The position numbers and the translations under genes were made by a program. Positions 11,697 to 24,782 of a stretch of 64,000 nt of DNA are shown one piece after another. The first letter of the stretch is position 1, and every line of letters starts with the position of its first letter. The stretch spans positions 1,562,839-1,626,838 of the forward strand of contig BFEA01000005.1 in assembly GCA_003427395.1 (NCBI GenBank), written 5' to 3'. This DNA comes from Chara braunii (taxonomy: Eukaryota > Plantae > Charophyceae). The notes beneath the pieces are model-generated. The model was not told the DNA's origin, made no database searches, and saw only the letters and a program-made list of their open reading frames with translations.

Positions 11697-13863
11697 ATGA
11701 AATCAGACTCACCTTCTTCTCACTTCGCATACATGCAAACAGATGGGAAAGCACACTGGCGCCAGGCGCCCACTCAAAGCTCAGAGATATTCAAGCCGAG
11801 AACACAGTTCGGATACAAACTCGCTCCAATTGGCTATGGCGCCCAGGCGCCCACACTTCATTTCCCAACTCTGTATTTACGGCAGCTGTTTACACATACT
11901 CAACTGGATCTCCCTAAATACCCCACGCACACACACGCACACACTCACTCTCACTACCACCTATCGCTAGCTAAGCAGCGATGGCTGCTCTAACTCCGTT
12001 TCAACCCGCTTCGACTTCGGCCATTTGCAGACCACCTCGCAGAAGACGCTAGGGCAGCGCTTCCGCGTGGCTCACACAGTGTGACAGACCCGCCGGGATG
12101 CTGGTCCGTAAGGATCGAGACGAAGGGTTGAAGGGGGAGGAGATGCATATGGAGTTGGAAGGGACAGCGCAGCTTCAAGGCGGACTCAACACGCACGTAC
12201 TCCAAAAGTGCAGAATGAAGAATCCAAAAAATAGACTGCAGTTGGGGTATACCCCCAGTGGATTGACTGGACTGGACTGGACTGACCTAGTACCGACAGT
12301 GGTACCGGGCAGGACTGGACTGGACCGAAACAACACACGGCTTATGGGGTCAGGCCACGGCCTACTCCCACAGGCCGCACAGGCTAATAGTCGAATAGGC
12401 CCTGGCTATAGGCCAGGGCAGATAGAGGTTCGTTGCACGATCCTCAGACCTGTAGTGGATCGCAAAAGTCATAAACACGCTATCCGCAGAAGCAGCGGAA
12501 CTCTGTAATAAAGAAAGCTGAGAAATCGAGGATGCAGAGCAAGCTCCATGGGGAGTCCATGCGATGTAGCCTAAGCTACATAATGTCAAATGAAAAGCAA
12601 ATGTTTGGTATACACATGCTAACTAACAACAGAAAATGAAATGTAGCATGATACAATCCTAAAGTCCTGGAGGCAATTGCCTCAGTGCTCAAAGGAAAAG
12701 AGCAATATGACACAAGTAATGTCATTTCGTTGAAGCACTAAGAATGGATGGTCTCAGAGTGGGTGAATGTAGCCTGAGAATCGAAACTCTTACGGGCAAT
12801 CACACACGAAGGTGGGATAGGTCATCAGGCTCAAGATGGGAGAGTGGTAGCGAAACAAAACCAATGACCCTAACAGATAGACCATCAAGGCAAGTAATGC
12901 TCGACATAAGGGTGACACCATGCAGGGTCGACCATGGAAAAGGGGAGTCTGGAATAGGGTGGAGATATGCCTAACTGAAGGCATGCAAGAGCCGACACTA
13001 GGGTGACGAGGGCAGTGGGTAAGGGAAACATGCACACAACTCACTGACTGGGGAGGGAGCTAGATCTGGGAGCAAGGAAGCCAAGATAACGTTGTCGGTG
13101 CGAATGCCCTTACAAGGGTATCCGCCCTAGTTTTTGCAAGCGACAAAAAATAAGTTTGGTTTTAAGTTTACGTATACCGCGCGAGGCGCGACTATGTCTG
13201 TGGTTTACGATGATTGAATGGTTGACTAGAGTAGAGAGTGTGTGGGCGCGCAGACTGAAGGGGCGCATGGTCTCTCTTCTTATTGATGACTGTGAAGTCG
13301 GCGTTGGTTGCCGACGAAGATTTTATTTTCTGATTAAACTAGGATTAAAAAAAAATTGTTTTTTGATTGGTGCGCTTGCCTTGTGACCTGTGCGTACGTA
13401 CGGAGGATGACGTCGACGAAGGCACAGTTTTGTATAGCCGCGCTTTGGGCGTGGAAGGTTCAGTGGGCGTGGGATTAGTTGGTAGACCGAGACATGGCTC
13501 TCGGACGTTTCAGTAGACCGGTGCGCCACGGTGTATCCGCTTATATAAGCTACCACCTAGGCTAGAACCAGCCTTGGGTCTAGCATTATTGGTTACGGTA
13601 TCGGACTTTAAACTAGAGGATTCAGAGGTCGAGACCGACCAGCGATAGCAAAGAAGCATTGGAGCGGCGTCAAGGAGTCGTGGGGTCGAGGGCTCGGCGA
13701 GGTTATCCCCCATGGTTTTGTTGTAGCGGGGCCGGGGTCCTTTCCTCGCCTTGTGGTTTATTTCTATTTCCCGTGAGTATTATTTATTTAATATTATTAA
13801 TTATTATTGTTATTCATGTATGTTACCTTATTGTTATTCATGTATGTTACCTTTTTGTCGGGC

Positions 13864-14063
13864 GCAGCACCGGAACCGAGGAATTCAACGAGCATGCGAG
13901 CCGGTGAAGTGATTAGCCCACGAGGCGAAAGAAAACCTGAGTAGCGGGGGCCTTTGGTAGGCACACTGGCCGCCGCTCACTATTTGTTGTGAGAGATTTG
14001 AGAGTGAATGCGTCGTTATGCCTTAGGAAGTGGCAAGTTGTGCCTGGGCAGGGTAGCCTAGAG
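13864..14063 (+). rRNA. Degenerate LSU rRNA fragment (from the LR3 region onward)
   Basis: CGGAACCGAGGAATTCAACGAGCATGCGAG..CCCACGAGGCGAAAGAAAACCTGA..TGTGCCTGGGCAGGGTAGCCTAGAG is collinear with consensus. Confidence 0.65.
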
Positions 14064-14100
14064 CGCATAAGCAGGGACCGCAGGCGAGTGCCACAGCCAG

Positions 14101-14197
14101 TCACGGAGCCTTCTCCACTTCGGTCTTCAAAGTTCTCATTTGAATATATGTTGCTGCCATTAAGATCTGCACCACGCCCACGCCACCAAGGCTCACG
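14101..14197 (-). rRNA. Degenerate LSU rRNA fragment (LR7 region), antisense to B2
   Basis: CCTTCTCCACTTCGGTCTTCAAAGTTCTCATTTGAATAT..AAGATCTGCACC is the rc of GGTGCAGATCTT..ATATTCAAATGAGAACTTTGAAGACCGAAGTGGAGAAGG. Confidence 0.92.
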
Positions 14198-14211
14198 TTA
14201 TAAGTTGCAAT

Positions 14212-14440
14212 GGGGCCACGCCCCCACCCGACCTTGTTACCTGTTGTGAGAAAAAGGTGAGAACACGCCCGTTGGGAACACCAAAGGTGGTGAGCTCCGC
14301 CTGAGCGGAGCGGGCAAGAGGAAATTCTAGTAGAGACTCGCGACGATACTGATGTGCAAAACGTTCGTCGGACGGGTATTGGGGCGAGAGACTGCTCGAA
14401 CTGCTTAGGAGCTGGTTTCGTCAAAAGTCGCCCGCAGAGC
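14212..14440 (+). rRNA. Degenerate LSU rRNA fragment, domain II to LR5 site
   Basis: AAAGGTGGTGAGCTCCGCCTGAGCGG..AGAGGAAATTCTAGTAGAG..CGATACTGATGTGCAAAACGTTCGTCGGAC..GGGGCGAGAGACT matches consensus. Confidence 0.9.
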
Positions 14441-16549
14441 GGCCAAACCGGTTGTGCATACTGAGCTGCACTGATTGTTGATGGGTGAAGGGCGGGTGGA
14501 GCGCTAGGCTGGAGATGACGAGTACGGTATGAAGGGGAGGAATGCGGAGACAGCAGTCAGGAGAGACTCAGATGAATCGGACCTGGATCTGTGCCAGGTG
14601 CATCCGGACCAAAAGTCGAAGATGGAAATGGCGGAGAAGAGAGGGTGACGGGGCAGGAAGTGCCTAGCGTCCCCAATCCTTAACGAATTTCAGCAAACTA
14701 AGAGCCGAATCCGAGTCTTTTGGCCGGGGCGAGCCCGATTACGAGGTCAGTTTTAGTGAAAACTTAGTAAAAAAAAAGTTAGTAAGAAAACGAGCCGCGC
14801 GAGAGATGGCGGGACCAGCGAGGAAGGAGAATGAGAAATGCGTATCTCCCTCGTTTCCGAACGGAATTGGGCGAGGGAGGGCTCTAATCGGGCATTTTTG
14901 GGCAGGTGACCTCAATTCTGAGGGTGAAATTAGTAAGAGGGTAGTAGAAAAAGGCTTAGTTGAGAAATGTATTGCGCAAGAGTGTCGAGGAGAGTGGAGA
15001 TGGTGGGTTAGAAGTTAGTCGGTTCTTCAAACTTTCTAACGGAATCAGGCGAGGGGAGTAGCGTTTGGGGGTTTCATTGATAAGCGGGTCCGAAAGTGAG
15101 GTCGGGTTTTAGAGTAAGTGGCTGGTCTTAACAACATGACTTGTTTGATTGTCCGTTGCGTAGTAGAAGGAGAAATAAAAGAAATGTATCTTCCCGTGTT
15201 TTGTTGGGAAGATTCATTTCCGATCTGTGGATTTCGGGACAGTCGAGCTGATCTTTGTAGAAGTAACGATCTTGTTTCCTTTGTTGATTGTTCGTGAGTT
15301 TGTCCTTACTCGATGCACGACGCGCAATCTCCTCCGGCTAGGTAGTCATCCTTCGTAGCTGAAGAGCTTGACATCTTGATGACCTTCGACATTGTGATTT
15401 GTAGTAGTTGTCATATTTCGTAGGATAATGTTTATTCGTATGATGGGTTTTAAAACATAACCAGATTCAATGAGGACTGAATTTGGACAGAGGTGAGAAG
15501 AAAGAAAGAAAAGGGGGGATGAACCTACCCGTAGTCCTGAGGGAGGTTAATTTGATTTTGCTCATTTGGTCAATGGCAGCGGGATGAGGCCAGCCGCAAG
15601 CTTGGAGACTTACCTGATGCCCGGAGTGTTGCCAGTCTGATGACCGAAGAAGTGAAGTGGGAGGTTACAAACTTGCTACCTGTGAGGGCCGGTGGGTTCA
15701 AGGAGGAGCACAAAGCTGGATGACGGCGTATTTTTTCATACTCCAGTGGTAGATTCTCCTGATTTGTTTTGCCGATGGAAGTAACATGAAGCCGACCATG
15801 AGATGGAAGACTTACTTGGGGGATGATGCGTTGTGCCTTCCACCCTCAGTCCTGGCATCCGCTTGCTGCACCAGTTGCTCCGTCGTTTGTTGCAGCTCCC
15901 CTCCCCCCTGTGTCATCAGGAGTTGCCCAACCAGTTGTGACCATTATTGCGATTAGGAGACCGACCGGGTGCATTGGGAAGCGGGGAGGAATGAGAACAG
16001 CAAAAAAGAGGGAGTGAGCAGTGAGGCTGAAGACCTACCTGCTCCCTGGTACGCTGCACATCCGCCACAAGAAATAGTGGCAGATTAGCCGCGAGACTGA
16101 AGACTAACCCGTTGGCCAATGCACTGCCTATTGTACCAAGCGAGGCGGCTGATGGCAGGCCGTGAGATGCAAGCTTGTTTGCTGACCGATACACCTTTCA
16201 TCCTTTGGGTTGAAGTATCGCGAGTCCAACCGATGGGTTTTGCATTTGGGGGGGGGGATTATTGTTGCGATTTGAAGGGTCGTTAGGGAGTCAACAACTG
16301 GCGGTTTGAGTACAGTTGACCAAGCTGTTGCGCATTCCTGACCATCATTGCGGGCCCCTCGGGTGCATGGAGATATGAAGGCCCTCTCCTGCGAGTTGAG
16401 TCAGTCCCTCTCTTGTATCTTGAGCGTCTCAAACCCCTTATCTTCTGCTCTTCTTACTCTAAGTCTAATCCTCTTCAGAGAGGAAGGCGGCCAGCGGAAT
16501 TGCAACCCGTAGGATCGCATCAAGACTCTATGGGGAGTCTGCCTATCGA

Positions 16550-16802
16550 TTGGGACACTTAAGTCCCCGCCACTCATTCCGTATTATCTCTACTCTCTTG
16601 TCCCGCCGGTAGTCCCACTGACATATGTCCCAATTTTCGATTATTTTTATTTGGGTGCATCTAGCCCCCGACATCATTCCCGACGGTGTCTCATTTTTAT
16701 TTGAGAGTTTTCTTGGTCCATGGCAGCCCAATCCCCCCTTTCCATGCGTCTCGAGTGTGCCGATTATTCTCGGTGGCGAGATCCTCATCTCCTGGTGTCA
16801 CA
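16550..16802 (-). mobile_element. Family A terminal fragment
   Basis: Homologous to 5484-5730; terminus GTGTCACA. Confidence 0.7.
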
Positions 16803-17154
16803 CATTTTCTAGTCGGGTCCCTTCAGGCAACCAGGAAGCCAACAGGCTGTCACACAGGAGTTTGATGTTTACAATAAATAAAATAAATGAATTAAAGCAA
16901 ATCCCTTCTCGTTGTGTGCCTTCTGCTTCAAGCGAGACCCTTCAATTGCGGTGTATCATGCATGTATTAATTCTGCCAATTTATAATTTTTTAGAATTGT
17001 GTCAAGATCACCAAGAAATACAATCATCAAGCAGAGTCAATACGGGCAAAGCAAAGACTGACAGACTCAAGCAATGACAAGGGTAAATGAGGGAAAAATG
17101 AGAACTCATAATAATCTCAGGAGGTACACATGAAAGGAACATGGCCAACACTCG

Positions 17155-17935
17155 TCATGGGTCCTCACTCATACCTCCAGGTCCTACACTCAATCTCTCA
17201 TTTTGCTGTGCATTTCCTGTGCCTTGAGCCATGATCCCGCACTCCCTGAGATTGCGGCCTCTGGATATACAGCCACCTAAAGCCTGCAAGTTCCGAATAC
17301 TTTCATCCAAGACCCATGACACGAAAGTCAAACATAGCACAAAATTCCTCCCACAAAGTACGAAGGTAAGACCTAGAGGTAACCCCTCTCCTGAGATGTT
17401 TTAACTATGAAGGCTCGACCACTGTATCATAGTCAATCTCTGTTGGAGAAATGTACCTCTTGGCCAAATCTACCAAGTCTCCCCAGCAAGAACCATCTGT
17501 GAGAGTGAAAGGCACTGGGGTTTTGGGGTAGTTGGTGCAGAGCTTAGGTCCGAAGCTACGGATCAACTTTGTCCCACTTTCATCAAGCTCTCTTTCTCTC
17601 TCCTCAAGGTACCTAGCAGTCGAGATCCAGACTGAGTCGAAATGTTCATGAGTCTCTTTGCCTTTCTTCACGTAAAGTCTCAGGTCGAGGATGGTGTCTG
17701 GTGCAAAACTGATGAGAACGACAAAAATGGATAGGTCTCTCTTTCTGAAACCAACTGCACTGATGTACCGATACTTGACTGCATCTTTGAGGGCTATTTT
17801 GTTAAGGTTGGTCAGGACTGACTCACTGACGGGGGATGGCTGAACTGCACTCATGGGTTGAATGTGAACGTTGGAACCGATCTCAGTGTCTTCTGTTGAG
17901 AGTGTTGTCTGATTTACATTGATCTCTGGTACCAA
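17155..17935 (-). pseudogene. Disrupted ORF of unknown function (probable TE accessory ORF)
   Basis: 176-aa ORF of normal complexity plus a short frame-shifted downstream ORF; no recognised domain. Confidence 0.35.
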
Positions 17936-18048
17936 TAAGAAGTGACTGAAAGGTGATTGACCTTGATTGAGGTCTTATGATAACTCCTCCGATGACTTTA
18001 TATTGTTGAATTGATAGATCACTGAATACTGATTACTTAGCAAAGTAC

Positions 18049-18260
18049 TGAACATTGTTTACTTAATAACACGACACAATACTGTTTACTGGATAGCATG
18101 ACACCGAGTACTGTTCACTTGGTAGCACGATAGTGAGTACTGTTCACTTGGTAGCACGCCATTGGGTACTGTTTACTTGGTAGCATGGCATTGAGTACTG
18201 TTTACTTGGTAGCATGGCACTGAGTACTGTTTACTTGGTAGCACGACACTGAGTATTGTG
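18049..18260. repeat. 29-bp tandem repeat, ~7 copies (GAGTACTGTTTACTTGGTAGCAYGRCAYT)
   Basis: Head-to-tail units at 18106, 18135, 18164, 18193 and 18222, with degenerate flanking units. Confidence 0.95.
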
Positions 18261-18647
18261 ATGCAAAGGACTGAGCGTTGCTTACTGATCGGCGGGGTCT
18301 GAGCACTCTTACACTCTCTTGGACTCCGTCTTGGCCTGTTCAATCATCTCTAGGGACGAGTAGGTATTATACAGTTTTCCATTAGGCCTGTAGGAGTATA
18401 TGATGTATTCGATGTTTTTTTGGGTTTTCACCATTTCAGTGCATGTTCCCTTATGTGGCACTGAAAACCCTCAGGTACTTCCTCTTCCCAACCTTTCACC
18501 TTATACTGGTAGAGTGTGTAGGACATCAATAAGGCGTTTTCACCTCCCATGCTTTCTTTCTGTCTCTGCAAAGGCCCTCAACTACGAGTATTGGGTTTAT
18601 CAGCGTCTGAGGTAACTAATCAAAGTACTGAGAGCACGCTCCCCCAG

Positions 18648-21600
18648 TGTAACACTCGGGTGTTAAGGGTTGCATTTCTGCTTGTAGGCAAAAAAAAATG
18701 ATTTCAGAGAGCGACCTTACTTGATTTGAAGATGCATCGTTATCGCCTCAGGCTACAGGTCAGTAGCAACACGATTCCACTATGATCTGTTTATCTATTA
18801 ATTTCTTTTTCAGAGGGCTGCTCATTGAGAAAGCTTGTAGTAACTAGTCGTTGTCATCTTCCTTTAGTCGTTGCCTTTGGCTGGAGTAATTAATTTGAGT
18901 TAGGACAGATACTTGAGGTGAATGGCAATCTAGTTAGGACTAAACGAGTGCACGGACCAGACACTAGTGATGAACGACTGTGACCCATGGCATCAGTATG
19001 GCTTAGATGGCGTCGAGGGTCACTCCACCCATGAACTGTGCTGGAGCACTGCTAGACATCTCATCGACTCACTCTTGATACAGAGTGGGCCCCTTAATCG
19101 AAGTTTCCCTAGCGTATGAAAGCATTAGTATCTCGTATCGGGCTTTGTTACAGACCGTCACGACCTGTCTGTAGACCAGGACCCACTTATGTCACGTTCA
19201 GTGCACAAGGCACTAGCCGACGGGTCGAGCCCACACTCGCAAGCAAATGGGGAATACAACGACTCTATGTACTCACTTTCCTCCCAATTAAATATCTCTC
19301 AGTAGTAGTCACGTCAACCGTGACAGTAGAGGTCCCGAGGGAACCACAATGAAGTACAACCCAAGGTTACACTCCAACAAGTATCAACTAAAGTACCTTC
19401 GGTGCTAGAGTTACATGATCGCGTTGAATACAAATCCTGCTCAGCCTGCATGCACAGAGCGACTCTTGAGACAATTTCTTACTGGTATACTGCGCGAGGC
19501 ATCACTAATGCGGTTTCCACTTCATTAGCTAGGATCAGACAAGGCTTCTTAGATATGCACAGAAGGACGACAAGCATTTTGAAATTCTCAGTACATGTGA
19601 TTTCTCCAACTCCAGAACATAACCCAGGGCAATATCTGTTAGATTATGGTTTTGAATGCTAATTGTTGCGGCCTCCGTTCAAGCATCGTACAGAGGCATC
19701 AACCGGAGATGACTTCATTCAGGTATAATATCAAAACACAGACACAGTCTTGTCACTTCACGACACGACACAGGTTGTGTTACTAGGCCTGTTAACTGCA
19801 ACGCGGATGAGGCAATAAGCTATATCTAATCACTGTCCATAAGGAACTTAGCCAGCAAATAGACGACTTCCCTTAGAATGCGTCGTTTCTTGCCCATCAA
19901 ACAGCTCACCCGAACTACAAGCTTTGTTAAAACTATTTGCACAGACGATGGGTTCCACACACGAGGTTTTAACATGACAACCAGATTACTTCTTTCTAAA
20001 CTCAACAACTTTAGTCTACATCATCGTTTCCTTTGATTGAATGAACTAGTGAACCAATCCCCCAAGAAAATTACACACACCACAGACTTTTGTCTGGGTT
20101 ATGGAGTAGGAAAATAAACAAGGGGAAATTGGGAATAATTGGTAGAGGAGATCAAAGGAGTAAAAGTGAATTTCCCTTATCTGATCACAGACATTTCACA
20201 TTTGACTCGCTGTCGGCCAACTCACATTACTTCAGTCAGTGACATGCTCTCACAGCAAAACGTGGTTGTCCGTCTGAAAAGGGTACAATGTTCACCTGTC
20301 CAGATACAAGGCACTCACTCGTGTACCAGTACTGATAATAGTTTCCTATAGCTATCATTTCATATTGAAACTAACTCTGGCTGATTATTGAACCATCGGG
20401 AACCAGATTAACGGAGAAGACAGAACCAAGTGCATGACCCACCACACAGTTCAATTGTTTTCGAGAAGTCATGCTACAAAGACTAACAACACTCTTTGTG
20501 CCACTGTTTCTCCCGCCTTTCTCACCGTCCTGAAAATAATGCACAATGAGAAATTTATCCAAGTAAATGAAATCACACGAAATTTCAGGTGGCGTCAACG
20601 ATCCTCTTGACTCTCTTTCGCCCCGGTTTGCAAAATCAAGCTCCCCCAGTCTATATTACTAGCACTTATGAGCCTAACCATTCTCTTCCCCTTGCCCTCC
20701 GCTATCTTGCCGCAGTTTCTGACAAGGCACGTCGTAATGGTGATCAAAGTGCCAGATACGGGAGACTAGTGAGAGGAAATGGGTTGCTTGGGGGTAAAGC
20801 ACTCGCTACAGAACCCATTCATCTCGTGCACGAAAGGCCTAGCCAACCCACCCTCACGTTGGGGGCTGTAGAATAGCACCATCCTATGACTACCAGACCA
20901 TTGAAGCTGGACGTATACAGAAGTTGCTTGAGACTCATATTAGAACGCTCCCAAATACATCAACCCTCTCGAGCTCTTGGATGTGAATCCGCATGCAGCC
21001 CCGCTGACCAGTGTTATGCTTCTCCCTCCCCCAATCATCGAAAGTGAGGTGGAACTAATTTGAAGTACACGCAGATGCTACGCCCAATGATTCAACTTGC
21101 TCTTCACGAGTGAATGAGTTGACTTCGCGGTGTCAAACCTCACGTCTCGTTGAGACTCGTTCCCCCAAGAAATGTCTGGCGCAGTGAGCATGCACCTGTT
21201 CGTGAGAGTTCACCCAAGATTCAGACACTCGTCTCAAATGCTCGATTGTGCACGGTAGTTGTACAACGATCCGTTTGTCATTGTCACGAGCCAGCTGGCA
21301 ATTTACACTCACGGAGCACCACGGTGAATAATCCCTTCACCACTTCCAGCCCATGTCAAGAATTCTAGTTTGTTTACTTCCCTTTACTGAATAGCCCCGT
21401 CATTCCGTCCTTACCATTGCACACGCGAAATCCGCGTCTCGTCCGTCTTGAGTTGACTTCAACGGCCCAAAGGAAAGTTGAATGCCATATCCCCCTCTTT
21501 CTGCAGTATGCATCAGCCTCATGAGTGCCCACTCAAAAACAGCGCTCTTCGCGCCTATGATGATGCCAACGAGAAGATGCCATTAGCCCATGCACGCTAA

Positions 21601-22814
21601 CTGCACCTGCTTACCAAAACCACGCTCTCTCCAGCGTTTTCGTAGTAGACCATTTTGTTTTCCTTTTACCCACCTTACTCACGTGTAGTCTCACTTCTTC
21701 GACATCTCCTCACCGCACTCGTGATGGCTAGCATACCTTTGCACAGATCATGCACAGGTTGCCCAGGGTGCGCGCACAAGCCCCTCATCACGCCTGCTCC
21801 TTCGGAGTGTAGTGACGGTCAGCTGCTCATGCAAGCCAACGTGTTCTTTCCAACTATGGCCGACAAGACATGAACTGATCCCCTGCGCACGACGTCCACC
21901 TCAGTTACACGTACTTGTCCTTTGTCTCTCTCTCTCTGGTAACCATTCTCGCGAGTTGACCTCATGTGTCTCTCAGACCAATGGCCTTGATCCTTACGTC
22001 ATCGCGAGTTAGCCTATGGGTCGCTTTCCACAGGTCCGCTGGTAGGTGGTCCCTCCGCCACTGGTCCAGTCCATGCCAAGATAGAGTCCCAGCTGCGCTC
22101 ATCTCACTCTCACCTCCTGAGTCTCGGTTTAGGTGAGCTTGTTCACGTTCCACCGTGTCCGTGGAAGTCTCTGCCTCATGGTAAGCGACTGTTACCCAGA
22201 CTTCAACAGTGACGCCGTGACGCCGTCCCTTCTGCAGCGCCTCTTAGCCCTGTCTTTCGCCTCAGTAATTGCCGCCTGCAACTTAGGATCATTTCTAATT
22301 TCCTCTTCTCTTGCCCCTTCCACATTAATTTTTAACTTTGCCTCGTCTCCCCTATCATAGTTGAGCATGGCGGTAATCCAGAGCCCTTCCCCAGACATCG
22401 GCCTCCAGCGCGTTAGGAGGTTCCAGCAGTCTGGCATGTAGCCATACAAAGCCATAGCCGTGTGTTTTTTGAAATAGCCGAACTTGGTACTTATGGAGCA
22501 CTCACGCACAGACAGCCTACCACCTGCTCACTTCACAGCCCTGCACTTCCCCCTTAGATTACCCACATTGGCACAGGGAAGTAGCCTGCGTCCGTCTACT
22601 GGCCAGCTACGAGTAACGCAACACTCCCTATTTTATAGGATTACTATGGGCCGCGGTTCTTGCGCTCTAAAGGAGGTATTAGTATTGCTTTCCAGAATTT
22701 TAATAGGACAATAAAAAGGAAGAAAGAAAACAAGAGGTCGAACCTCAACGGTCGCTTTTGGAGTGAAGTGATATGTAGGCTCGACCCAGGTGGTCCCATA
22801 ACGGGATACTAACA
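18648..22814 (-). mobile_element. Putative ~4.2 kb 3' LTR containing a decayed ORF
   Basis: Minus strand: PPT AAGGGGGGAGGG (22819-22830), then TGTTAG (22814), TATA CCTATAAAA (22631-22639), candidate end GTGTTACA (18648). Confidence 0.55.
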
Positions 22815-23930
22815 ATCACCCTCCCCCCTTCAAAGAGGACCAAACGGACTACCCCTGATGGGTACTCGTGTCCGATGGCAAGGAGGGGGCTTATGACCTC
22901 CCACAAGGGGTGATGAACCTCCTATCGACGTGGCCGCAGGTGCTCCCATTTTGGAGTCTTACGACACAGTACTTAACAGTTGTGTCTGTTGTAAATAGTA
23001 TTCGAAGGGCCGATCAGCCCAGGCCGCCCATTTGCAATGGAGGTTAAAAAACGATCCATTCTTCCCCCGCGGAATGAAAGGCAAACAAAATTCGAAAGGC
23101 AACTAATAATATTAACAATAATAATAATCCTAATCCGACCCCTTAAGCAGCACTGGCCGCGGGGGGGAGGTCGATGGTCCGCTGCGCGTTGGAATTGGGG
23201 CGAAGTTTCGATGTGGGTCAGCGGATGAAGGCGATCGAGGGCGGGTGAGCGTGCAGAGTGGCGAGCGTACCGAATTGTTCAGAGTGCGCTACTAAACGAG
23301 AGAGTGCGCCCAGGGGGCCGAGTACACGGCGGGCGTCGATGCGGATGAATATCTCGACGCGCCCGCCGTCGGATAGCATTTTCGTTTTGGTTTGTGTCCT
23401 TCCCCTTTTTTGTTTTTTTTGTTTCGTATTCTAGAAAAAAAAAAAAGAATTTGTTGTTTTGTTTCGTATTGTTGTTTTTTATTTATTTTATTTCTATTTA
23501 TTCTTTTTTTAATTATATTTTTCATTCTGGCGTGTCGTTTTGTTTCCTTTTTTTGCCTTCTGTTTTCAACTTTTCGTTTTGTTTCCCGGAAAAGAAAGAC
23601 TTTCCGTTTTTTGTTTTTTTTTTGAATTTGCACTTTTTTACGTCGTCCAAAAAAACAAAAAAAAAAAAGACAAAAGAAGAAACAAAAGACAAAAAAGACA
23701 CATTTTTTTTGCAATTTTTTTTGGGTTGGAACGAACTTTCCGCTAGAACACGACCAGATGCAGGCACACTACTGTTTGGCGCTCGGTCTGCGGTGTGGGC
23801 GGTCCGTGGGCATTGCCACACCACTGTCGAAATGTGAGAAAACGTGGCGGGCGCATCTGGCAATGTTCTAGTGGGAAGTTCATTCTCATTTTGCACATTT
23901 CGGGTGTGGTGTGGTGATGCCCTCTTTATG

Positions 23931-23999
<69 letters not shown>

Positions 24000-24006
24000 T
24001 ACACAC

Positions 24007-24043
<37 letters not shown>
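23931..24043. repeat. Compound (CT)n(CA)n microsatellite
   Basis: Seen directly. Confidence 0.97.
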
Positions 24044-24045
<2 letters not shown>

Positions 24046-24329
24046 TGGGATGAAGTTTGTCTGTCTGTCTGTGTGTGTGCGTGTACGTCAGAGAGAGCAA
24101 GCGAGCAAGAGTCTGTGTGTGTGTGCACGTGCGTGGGTGTACGCCACAAACTGGGTTTGTTCTCAAAGCCCAGGCCTCAACATGTGCATAGGCCCGGAGT
24201 AGGCCCGGAGCCTTTTCCTTGATTTTTTTTTATTTTTTTTTTTTCAAGCCCAAACCTGGACCCGTACGTAGGCCCTAACTGGCCCTGAATCCTGGGTGTT
24301 AGGTCCAAGCCTAAGCCGCTGCCGGGGCC

Positions 24330-24782
24330 CAGACAGACAGGCAGGCTGACAGGCAGAAATGCACACAGATATATGTACAGGCAGGCAAGGAAACAGGCAT
24401 GCAGACAGGTCGACAGACTGACAGACAGGTAGACAGGTAGACGCAGAGACAGACAGACGGACAAACAAATTGTCTGTCTGTCCGTCTGTTTGTCTGTCGG
24501 TCTATATGTTTGTCCGTCTATCTGTTTTTCTGTTTGCATGTCTGCCTGCCTGCCCGTATGCCAGGTTGAACAGACAAGCAAACAGGCAGACTTGGGAAGA
24601 CAGACAAGTGTGCAGGCAGGCAGGGAGACAGCCATGCAGACAGGCACACAGACAGGCACACAGACAGACTCAGAAAGACATGCAAACAGGCAGACAAGCA
24701 CACAGACAGGCACACAGATAGGTGTTTGCTTGGGCCTGGTCATGAGACTGATCATGGGGCTTGGCAGGCAGGCAAGCAGGCC
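24330..24782. repeat. Degenerate (CAGA/CAGG)n tetranucleotide array with an inverted central block
   Basis: CAGA/CAGG runs flanking a TCTG-rich block at 24470-24555. Confidence 0.9.

Larger units (their letters stand above)
13093..16548 (+). mobile_element. Repeat family B copy B2 (3' truncated)
   Basis: Starts TGTCGGTGCGAATGCCCTTACAAGGGTATCCGCC; 16320-16545 matches rc 43670-43905; joins a family A fragment at ~16550. Confidence 0.8.

Noticed and set aside
15608-15616. U1 snRNA 5' end (ACTTACCTG)
   Set aside because: Only 9 nt match with no further U1 similarity; better read as an antisense splice donor
18049-18260. CRISPR-like array
   Set aside because: Head-to-tail 29-bp units with no unique spacers, no cas genes, eukaryotic TE context
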